From: a virus
Reading direction: 5' to 3' (one strand)
Length of the DNA stretch: 42,729 nt
Virus record (IMG/VR): IMGVR_UViG_3300044498_000050
The notes under the pieces were generated by a model. That model searched no databases. It saw only the letters and a program-made list of their open reading frames with translations, and was not told the DNA's origin. Of the stretch, positions 35,530-42,198 are shown in pieces (the stretch's first letter is position 1; every line of letters starts with the position of its first letter). Both the position numbers and the translations under genes were made by a program.

Positions 35530-35690
35530 GACGCGCATATAAGCGCATGCGCATATAGGCGTACGCGCATGTACTACGTACGTCCATGCGCGTACTACGT
35601 ACGTCCATGTCAACATGGACGTGCGTAGTACTACGTACGTCCATGTCACTACGTACGTCCATGTCACTACGTACGTCCATGTCAGCCCCA
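35530..35690. repeat. iteron array: six copies of an ~18-bp unit ACTACGTACGTCCATGTC (one inverted) plus GCGCAT(ATA) repeats
   Basis: Direct copies at 35573-35588, 35594-35610, 35629-35647, 35648-35665 and 35666-35683. Inverted copy at 35613-35631, forming a 10-bp perfect palindrome with 35601-35610. GCGCAT at 35533, 35543, 35549 and 35565. Confidence 0.9.
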
Positions 35691-35721
35691 GGCTTGCGAT
35701 TACGCGTAACGTTAATGCGCA

Positions 35722-36096
35722 TCATGCGACCTTATGCACGACCACGGTAAGAGCGCCGCCGGCCGCACCTGTGACCTCTGATCGTGTGAGCTTGGGCGCC
35801 GCGAACTCCGCGAAGTGGCCGAGCGCACGAGCGGCGCCTACAGGATCCGGGGGGCGTGCGGGATACATGAGCTTGCCGTGCGCATCGTAGGTAGCTGGCG
35901 CGCCTTCGGCTATCTGCTCGACCCACTTGCGCACGTTATCCCTGTTGTCGTCGAGCAGGCGCTGTACCGTCTCCCGGAATTCGGTCGTGACCTTGTTAGG
36001 CGTGCCCTTGGCACGGCCGGCAGGCCGTGTGCCCTTAGCGGGTCCGCGCTTCTTAGGTTCGCCTACTGTAGGTTGCATGCCCATGGTCGCGAGCAT
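35722..36096 (-). CDS. terminase small subunit-like DNA-binding protein (start uncertain: 36096, 36084 or 36078)
   Basis: KKRGPAKGTRPAGRAKGTPNKVTTEFRE... followed by a helical region and ...APKLTRSEVTG. This resembles a small-terminase family I recall with a GRxKGxxNK N-terminus. It is the first gene of the minus arm. Confidence 0.45.
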   Translation of the reverse strand: MLATMGMQPTVGEPKKRGPAKGTRPAGRAKGTPNKVTTEFRETVQRLLDDNRDNVRKWVEQIAEGAPATYDAHGKLMYPARPPDPVGAARALGHFAEFAAPKLTRSEVTGAAGGALTVVVHKVA

Positions 36097-36499
36097 AGGC
36101 GCATGCTGCCGGCCTTGCAATCCCTGCCTAGGCAGTGAATTTTCACTCCTGGGCAGGCCGGCCGGCACCTGCAAGTACAGGCGCCGACACAGGCGCTCAG
36201 CCGCAGCCCCAGGATGGTTTCCCATAGGGCAGCCGGCCGGCCGACACAGCGACCCAGACCCATCCACCCCGTTTTCTATATACCCCCCCTAAAAAGCCGT
36301 AAGTAAATGTACACTTATCATCCTAACTCTCTCTTATATAGAAGTGCCTGTGTCGGCAGTGTCGGCAGTGTCACCCCTATAGGTTTTCACCCTGGGGTGC
36401 GGCTGTGTCGTGCCTGTGCCGGCCTGTGCCGACGGCCTGCCGGCAAAGAAAATGTGTAACAGTCCTCAGCCTGGGGCTACAGGTGCCGATAATGAAGAC
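36097..36499. promoter_or_regulatory. divergent early/late control region with AT-rich core and repeated operator-like motif
   Basis: This is the only extended AT-rich stretch in the genome (about 36271-36345, containing TATATA twice). CTGTGTCGGC-type repeats lie on both sides and in both orientations. The two arms diverge from here. Confidence 0.6.
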
Positions 36500-36856
36500 A
36501 TGAACACAGCACTGCTCGACACGGCCACCCCACAGGCCGAACCCCAAGCGCGCAAGCGCGGCCGGCCTGCCAAGTACGCAAGCGCAGCCGAGCGTCAGGC
36601 CGCATACCGTGCGGCGAACACCATCAAAACCTATCGCATCGACGGCAAGGCTGCCGGCACTGTGGCCGAGCTTGCGGCGCTGTACGAGTGCGATGAGACG
36701 CACGTCGTGAACAACTTGCTGCGCTTTGCGCTTGCGAATCGCAACTGGCGCGCCATGGGAATCGGTGGATGGGACATCACCGACAAGCGCCACGCTAGCG
36801 GCAAGCGCGCGGCACCCGTTCGCGACGATTCCCTTGATAGCTTTTCGTTCGTTTAA
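36500..36856 (+). CDS. small DNA-binding-type protein (start uncertain; alternative ATG at 36449)
   Basis: RKRGRPAKYASAAERQAAYR is an AT-hook-like GRP motif that recurs in small phage/plasmid regulators. First gene of the plus arm. Confidence 0.5.
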   Translation: MNTALLDTATPQAEPQARKRGRPAKYASAAERQAAYRAANTIKTYRIDGKAAGTVAELAALYECDETHVVNNLLRFALANRNWRAMGIGGWDITDKRHASGKRAAPVRDDSLDSFSFV

Positions 36857-36961
36857 ACGTAACAATTCAAGATAGCGCTAAAGCCTGAGGCTGCGGCGCC
36901 GATAATACTAGGGAGGGGGCAGACAGGCTCCCACCCTTAAACCTAAGTCTGAAAGTTGAAC

Positions 36962-37750
36962 ATGGCCAAATTCTCTAAGCTCTTCGTCGCACAGTGCGCA
37001 GCACTCGGCCTGCCGGCAGCTAACGGCTACACCATATACGAAGGCCCGTCGGCGCTTGATGGCGCGCCTATCGTCGTCATTGCGCTCGTGAAGTCGTCCA
37101 ATCGCAAAACCGGAAACATGGTGCAGACATACGTGCTGACGCAAGCCACCCGGCCGACGGCTGCCGTGAAGAGCGGCGCCGATGCATCGATATGCGGCGA
37201 CTGCAAGCATCGCCCGTTTCTTGGCGGATCCTGCTACGTGGTGGTCGCACAGGGACCGACCGTCGTGTACAAGCAATGGCAAGCCGGCGCTTACCCGCGC
37301 GCTACGGCTGCGCAAGTCGGCGCACTGCTGGCAGGCCGCATGGTGCGCATCGGCACGTACGGCGACCCTGCGGCCGCACCCGTCGGCCTGTGGCAAGCCC
37401 TTGTCGCACAGGCCGCAGGCCGCACAGGCTATTCGCACCAGTGGGCGAACCAAGCTCTCCCGGCTGCCGACCGCGCGGCGCTCGCCAAGCTCGTGATGGC
37501 ATCGGTCGACAGCGCCGAAGAGGCTGCGGCCGCTCGTGCTGCCGGCCTGCGGTACTTTCGCGTGATGCATGCCAGCGAAACCCTTGGCGCGCGTGAATTC
37601 GCCTGTCCCGCTAGCGAAGAGGCAGGCAAGCGCACCACGTGCGACAAGTGCCGAGCCTGTGACGGATCCGACCGTGCCGGCAAGGCTTCGCCCGCTATCG
37701 TTGCCCATGGCGGCAAGGCTGCCCGATTCATTCCCATCCTGAGCGTGTAA
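36962..37750 (+). CDS. conserved Cys-rich phage protein (GP88-like by recollection), function unknown
   Basis: ICGDCKHRPFLGGSCYVV ... RIGTYGDPAA ... TGYSHQW ... CPASEEAGKRTTCDKCRACDG gives two Cys clusters suggesting metal binding. Confidence 0.55.
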   Translation: MAKFSKLFVAQCAALGLPAANGYTIYEGPSALDGAPIVVIALVKSSNRKTGNMVQTYVLTQATRPTAAVKSGADASICGDCKHRPFLGGSCYVVVAQGPTVVYKQWQAGAYPRATAAQVGALLAGRMVRIGTYGDPAAAPVGLWQALVAQAAGRTGYSHQWANQALPAADRAALAKLVMASVDSAEEAAAARAAGLRYFRVMHASETLGAREFACPASEEAGKRTTCDKCRACDGSDRAGKASPAIVAHGGKAARFIPILSV

Positions 37751-37821
37751 ACGCTTCACGCTAGCCCCAGGGTTAGCCCCTGGGGTACACTTCCCCCCGA
37801 ACCATCAAAGGATCCCGCACC

Positions 37822-38205
37822 ATGCAAGCATTCAACGCCGACAGCATCACGTTTACCGGCAGCACGGAAGCCGTAATGACCACGTACACAGGCCACGACG
37901 GGTTTCCCGATGAGCCTGTCACCGAATACCTGCCTGTCGTTTACGCGCAAAACCCGCACGGCGACAGGAAAGGATGCTTTCTAGGCAAGGCGCGCCACAG
38001 TTGCCACGTGGCCGAAGAGGCTGCCGACAAGTGCGCTCGTGCGCTTGCCGCTCGTGCTGCTGCCGGCCTGCTGCCTGTCGGCTTCGTCACTGGCGCGCAC
38101 TGGTTCACCGCGCGGCCTGTGTACGGATCCGATGCTTACGTTGAGTACGGACAGGCCGACGACCTCGCATGGGAAGCCCGCGAAGAGGCCGACGACAGGA
38201 TCTAA
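37822..38205 (+). CDS. hypothetical protein (127 aa)
   Basis: Track ORF with AAAGGA RBS. Preceded by a hairpin plus TACACT element. Confidence 0.5.
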   Translation: MQAFNADSITFTGSTEAVMTTYTGHDGFPDEPVTEYLPVVYAQNPHGDRKGCFLGKARHSCHVAEEAADKCARALAARAAAGLLPVGFVTGAHWFTARPVYGSDAYVEYGQADDLAWEAREEADDRI

Positions 38206-38258
38206 GCCACCACCCTATAGCCCCCAAGCCGGGGGCTTAACGTTACGGAGAATTCAAA

Positions 38259-38696
38259 ATGACCAACGACGACATCATCAAAACCCGCGCCAAGGCTGCG
38301 GCCGACCTCTTCCGCGCGCACCTGATCAGGGATCTACGCGCCAGCATCGCGGCAAACGAGCGCGCACTAGAGCGCTTCTCGCGCGTGCTGCTAGGCCACG
38401 GCTACGTGGTCCAGAATGGGCACGGCGACACCATCACGTTCGACAGCAGCGCCGACGGCTTGGCAGTCAATCCGCACATGACCAGCCCGGGTGCTGCCAT
38501 GCGCTTCACGGAGAACAAGGCCAACGAGCTTGCACGCGTGACGCACGACGGCACGGGGCTGCCGTTTAAAGCCGTTCACGTGATCGATGCGCTCAAGCGC
38601 CAGATCGCGGCCGACCGTCGCATGCTGGTCGAGCTTGCCGGCCTGGAGCCTTCCCGCGCGCCCGCGCTCGTGAAGACCGACGACGACGGCCTGTAA
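38259..38696 (+). CDS. hypothetical protein (145 aa)
   Basis: Track ORF with ACGGAG RBS. Confidence 0.5.
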   Translation: MTNDDIIKTRAKAAADLFRAHLIRDLRASIAANERALERFSRVLLGHGYVVQNGHGDTITFDSSADGLAVNPHMTSPGAAMRFTENKANELARVTHDGTGLPFKAVHVIDALKRQIAADRRMLVELAGLEPSRAPALVKTDDDGL

Positions 38697-38704
38697 CCCC
38701 ACTC

Positions 38705-38734
38705 TTGACATGGAGAAGCCTGGGGCTGCATAAT
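38705..38734 (+). promoter_or_regulatory. sigma70-like promoter candidate TTGACA-N18-CATAAT
   Basis: TTGACA at 38705-38710 and CATAAT at 38729-38734. It overlaps a 9-bp inverted repeat GGAGAAGCC/GGCTTCTCC and lies 41 nt upstream of ATG 38776. Confidence 0.45.
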
Positions 38735-38775
38735 ACGGCTTCTCCCCCACCACACCACACCACAAGGATCCGATC

Positions 38776-39429
38776 ATGAGCTTCAACCCCGCAAACTTCC
38801 CTTTCACCATGCCCGCCCTGCCTGCCGCCACTGCTGCGGATCCCTCAGGCGAAGCGATCCAGTGCGCCGAGGAGTTGCACGCCGCCGCGTGCAGATTCGA
38901 AGCGCGCGGCCTGGGCGACCAGTTCGCCCGCAAGAGCGCCATGGCTGCCCGCGACATCGCCGCGAAGCTGGTGCGCTTCGGCTCCTTCGCCAGCGACGCA
39001 CAGCGTGAGTACGCTGCCAAGCTGGTCACGTGGTCGCTGCCCCGCGCGGCCGCTGCTGCCCCGGCTGTCGTGGCCGTGCAGCCGACCGAACTGCCGCGCC
39101 TGTATGCCCTGATGCAGCGCCTCGCGAAGCTGGAGATCGGCAAGCTTCGGATCCAGCGTGAGAACGGCGGCAGCCGCTGCTGGATCCGCCACGTTGACGC
39201 CGACAAGGCCGTCGGCAAGCTCGACGGCGGCGTGCTCACCCAGTGGCAGCGCCCAGGCGTCGACCATGTCGAGGTGCTGCTGGCGCTGCTGACCATCGAG
39301 GCCGATCCCGAGGCCGCCGCCGTCCTGCATGGCAAGGCTAGCGGCCGCTGCTCTGTCTGCTCTCGCGACCTGACGAACCCCGAGAGCATCGCTCGCGGTA
39401 TCGGCCCGATTTGCGCTGAGAGGTTCTAA
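38776..39429 (+). CDS. DUF6011-type protein (C-terminal GIGPxC zinc-ribbon-like motif)
   Basis: C-terminus CSVCSRDLTNPESIARGIGPICAERF. Confidence 0.55.
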   Translation: MSFNPANFPFTMPALPAATAADPSGEAIQCAEELHAAACRFEARGLGDQFARKSAMAARDIAAKLVRFGSFASDAQREYAAKLVTWSLPRAAAAAPAVVAVQPTELPRLYALMQRLAKLEIGKLRIQRENGGSRCWIRHVDADKAVGKLDGGVLTQWQRPGVDHVEVLLALLTIEADPEAAAVLHGKASGRCSVCSRDLTNPESIARGIGPICAERF

Positions 39430-39434
39430 CCCCC

Positions 39435-39457
39435 GGGGGCTTCGGCCCCCTATTTTC
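39435..39457 (+). terminator. rho-independent terminator
   Basis: GGGGGC-TTCG-GCCCCC followed by TATTTT, 6 nt after the stop codon. Confidence 0.6.
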
Positions 39458-39473
39458 GTCACTGGAGATTGAT

Positions 39474-39584
39474 ATGGAATTGTGGGCCATCGGGCTGGTA
39501 ACCCTAATCGTCGGCTTTGTCATCGGCTTCGCCCTGGGTTGGTGCTTCGCCTTTCGCATCATCACGGAATGGATGTACAAATGA
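39474..39584 (+). CDS. 36-aa membrane peptide
   Basis: Hand-translated as MELWAIGLVTLIVGFVIGFALGWCFAFRIITEWMYK. GGAG RBS. The stop overlaps the next ATG (ATGA). Confidence 0.45.
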   Translation: MELWAIGLVTLIVGFVIGFALGWCFAFRIITEWMYK

Positions 39585-39823
39585 GCACCAAGAAAGAGGC
39601 CGAGCAGGCCATCAAGCGCCTGATCAAGGAGGGGCTGGTGGTCGGCCAGGACAAGGGCGGCAAGCACCTCGTGCTGATCCTGCGCGGCGGCACTGTATAT
39701 ACGCGTGCCGGATCGCCCAGCGACTGGCGAGCAGTGCGCAACATGGAAAGCGACATCAGACGCTTGACTCGTCCGCAAGACTCAGGCTATACTGCGTCTG
39801 TCGTTTACACACTTGGAGATTGA
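39581..39823 (+). CDS. HicA-like (YcfA family-like) small protein, 80 aa
   Basis: KKEAEQAIKRLIKEGLVV...GGKHLVL...RAGSPSDWRAVRNMESDIRRL matches the K..E....L...G....G..H.....PSD.RA..N.....RR pattern I recall from phage HicA-like annotations. Confidence 0.4.
   Translation: MSTKKEAEQAIKRLIKEGLVVGQDKGGKHLVLILRGGTVYTRAGSPSDWRAVRNMESDIRRLTRPQDSGYTASVVYTLGD
39764..39793 (+). promoter_or_regulatory. sigma70-like promoter candidate TTGACT-N18-TATACT
   Basis: TTGACT at 39764-39769 and TATACT at 39788-39793, inside the 3' end of the HicA-like gene and 31 nt upstream of the SprT-like ATG. Confidence 0.4.
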
Positions 39824-39824
39824 G

Positions 39825-40415
39825 ATGAAGCAGATGAACCGTGAAGAGTGGCTGCAGCACGCTGTCAGCATGATCCGCGCCGACACCATGAAGCGCGACA
39901 GCGACATCACGATCCCGCCCGTGCAGGTGTCGTGCTCGTGGCCCGGTGGCGGCGACAGCCAGAAGCGCATAGGCGAGTGCTGGGGCAAGGACGCCAGCAA
40001 GGCCGACATCAACGAGGTGTTCATCAGCCCGCGCATAGAGGACAGCGCCAAGGTGTTGTCGATCCTGGCGCACGAGCTAGTGCATGCCGTGGACGACTGC
40101 AAGAGCGGCCACCGTGCGCCGTTCGTGCGCCTCGCCCAGCGGATGGGCCTGGACGGCAAGCCCACCATCATGGGCCTGCGCGTCGAGATCCTCACGAAGC
40201 TCACCGAGCGCATGGTCGCCAAGCACGGCGTGTACCCGCACCTGACGCTCGACAAGAGCAAGTCGCCCGTGAAGAAGCAGACCACCCGCATGATCAAGTG
40301 CGCGTGCGACAACTGCGGCGCCATCTGGCGCATGAGCCAGACCGTGATCGAGACCGTGGACGGCAACATGTCGTGCCCCGCCTGCCACGCTCGCGACAAC
40401 GTGATCGTCGGCTAA
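39825..40415 (+). CDS. SprT-like zinc metalloprotease with C-terminal zinc ribbon
   Basis: HELVHAVDD (HExxH) plus CACDNCG...CPACH. ATG 39825 after GGAG. Confidence 0.65.
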   Translation: MKQMNREEWLQHAVSMIRADTMKRDSDITIPPVQVSCSWPGGGDSQKRIGECWGKDASKADINEVFISPRIEDSAKVLSILAHELVHAVDDCKSGHRAPFVRLAQRMGLDGKPTIMGLRVEILTKLTERMVAKHGVYPHLTLDKSKSPVKKQTTRMIKCACDNCGAIWRMSQTVIETVDGNMSCPACHARDNVIVG

Positions 40416-40480
40416 ATACAACACCCCAGGTGAGCAACCTGGGGTATACTGAATTTCTCGCAACGTACTAAGGAACTGAC

Positions 40481-40834
40481 ATGAACACCACCACCATCAC
40501 CCGCCCGATGTCCGCCGCCTCCACGGCCACCCCCATGCTGGTCGACCGCTTCGGGCGCCTCAAGGCCGACGTGGCCGACGTGACCGCTGAACTGGACGCC
40601 ATCAAGGAGGTGCTCATCGAGCGCTCCGGCGAGGGCAAGTACGAGGGCGAACTGTTCCGCCTGTCGCTGGCGCACCAACTGCGCAGCACCACCGACTGGA
40701 AGGCCGTCGCCCAGGCGCTCGCCCTGAAGGCCGGCATCACCGACAAGGCGCTCGACGCCATCATCGCCACGAACACGAACTGCACTGCCGCCTGGGTCGC
40801 CCGCAGCAATGCCCGCGTCACCAAGGTAGCCTGA
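40481..40834 (+). CDS. hypothetical protein (117 aa)
   Basis: Track ORF with AAGGAA RBS. Preceded by a hairpin plus TATACT element. Confidence 0.5.
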   Translation: MNTTTITRPMSAASTATPMLVDRFGRLKADVADVTAELDAIKEVLIERSGEGKYEGELFRLSLAHQLRSTTDWKAVAQALALKAGITDKALDAIIATNTNCTAAWVARSNARVTKVA

Positions 40835-40968
40835 CTCGTCAGCGCATGGCACATGCGTGGCCCTGGGGGCCAGATCCTTATGGGGATGAGCCCGCCGCCC
40901 CTACAAATGTGCTTAGGCGGGCACCCTACCACCACCAAGCCACAGGCTTAACGTCACCAGGAATTATC

Positions 40969-41097
40969 ATGATCAAGACTCTCATCACCTTCGTCATCGC
41001 CGGCATCGGCTTCATCGTCACCGTGGACTACGCCCACGCCGAGCGCATCGTCTGCTACCGCGACTACAACGGCAACGCCGTTTGCGAAGTCCGGTGA
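40969..41097 (+). CDS. 42-aa signal/TM peptide with two Cys
   Basis: MIKTLITFVIAGIGFIVTVDYAHAERIVCYRDYNGNAVCEVR. In frame with track ORF 40846..41097. AGGAA RBS. Confidence 0.4.
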   Translation: MIKTLITFVIAGIGFIVTVDYAHAERIVCYRDYNGNAVCEVR

Positions 41098-41131
41098 TAT
41101 AGTCCGCACCCCTGCAACCTGAAGGACCATC

Positions 41132-42187
41132 GTGAAATTGAAACTCTGTGACCTCAAGGCGAACCCGTTTCGCCACCTCGCCCGGTACCCGCTGGACGAG
41201 CGCAAGATCGAGGCCCTCATGGGCTCGATCAACCAGACCACGTTCTGGGACAACCTGATGGCGCGGCCGACCGCCAACGGCCAGTACGAGATCGCATACG
41301 GGCACAACCGCCTGGAAGCGCTGCGCCGCCTCAAGGTCAAGGAGATCGACATCCCGGTGCGCGACCTGTCCGACGACGACATGGTGCGCATCATGGCGAA
41401 CGAGAACATGGAGGAGTGGTCGCACTCGTCCAAGATCGAGCAGGAGACCATCCGCACCGTGGTCGAGGGTTTCGCCGCCGGCAAGCTGCATCTGCCGAAA
41501 CCTCCGAAGAATGGAACGAGGCACGCTCGCCATGCGCCGACTTTCAGTATCGCGGAGGTAGACTCCTCGAGCAGTCTAGCCTACACCGTGAGCACCCTGT
41601 GCGAGTACCTGGGCAGCGGCTGGAGGGAGTACAAGATCGAAGCTGCACTCAATGCCCTGGAGATGATCGAGAGCAGCGTGGCTGACGAGTCGGTGTTCGA
41701 TGACCTGACCACCAAGCAGGCCCAGGTTGTCACGCAGCAGACGAAGCGGGTGCTCAAGGAGACCGGCGACACGAAGCTGGCCGGCAACATCGCCAAGGAA
41801 CTGGCCGGCGGCATGAAGAAGGCCACCACCGGCACGCGCACGGATGGCGGCAAGGCCAAGCTGCAGGACGTGACCATCCACAATGCCAAGCGCGTCACCG
41901 ACGAGATGCTGGGCAAGCACACCCGCAAGATAGCGCCGCCGAAGACGCTGCCCGACATCAACGGCTTCGCCCACGACATCGCGCACGAACTGCTCAAGAC
42001 CATCGACCAACAGTTCGGCGGCAGGCTGGATGCCGTGATCGAGCACGCCGAGCACCTGAGTGTCGACGCCCGCGAAGACCTCACCAAGGAACTGATGCGC
42101 GCGGCCAAGCGCCTGCGCGAAGCTGCCGAGTCCCTCAACCGTGCGAAGCCGGCCCCGGCCCAGCAGGATCCCCTCAGGCTCAACTAA
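41132..42187 (+). CDS. ParB N-terminal domain (ParB-like nuclease/CTPase fold) protein, GTG start
   Basis: L.ANPFR...YEIAYGHNRLEALRRL...IPV matches the ParB/Srx-fold core (G-H-x-R-x-x-A). The C-terminal 220 aa are helical and unassigned. GAAGGA RBS. Confidence 0.65.
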   Translation: MKLKLCDLKANPFRHLARYPLDERKIEALMGSINQTTFWDNLMARPTANGQYEIAYGHNRLEALRRLKVKEIDIPVRDLSDDDMVRIMANENMEEWSHSSKIEQETIRTVVEGFAAGKLHLPKPPKNGTRHARHAPTFSIAEVDSSSSLAYTVSTLCEYLGSGWREYKIEAALNALEMIESSVADESVFDDLTTKQAQVVTQQTKRVLKETGDTKLAGNIAKELAGGMKKATTGTRTDGGKAKLQDVTIHNAKRVTDEMLGKHTRKIAPPKTLPDINGFAHDIAHELLKTIDQQFGGRLDAVIEHAEHLSVDAREDLTKELMRAAKRLREAAESLNRAKPAPAQQDPLRLN

Positions 42188-42198
42188 AGGAAGCCACC

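Noticed and set aside
35573-35683. The repeat array as a possible CRISPR array.
   Set aside because: The units are only 18 bp and directly abut each other or are separated by a few nucleotides. There are no unique spacers of 25-40 bp, one copy is inverted, and no cas genes are present.
35441-35890. Track ORFs 35441..35725 (-) and 35615..35890 (+), which encode repeated peptides (DMDVRS.., TTYVHV..).
   Set aside because: Their open frames are created by the 18-bp tandem DNA repeats. They have no RBS, run through an otherwise non-coding gap, and the second runs antisense into the TerS-like gene.
604-39810. The TTTACA core of the dispersed motif as a sigma70 -35 element.
   Set aside because: I checked the 16-19 nt downstream window for copies on both strands and found no -10-like hexamer. 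The orientation relative to genes is 7:7, and several copies are deep inside genes.
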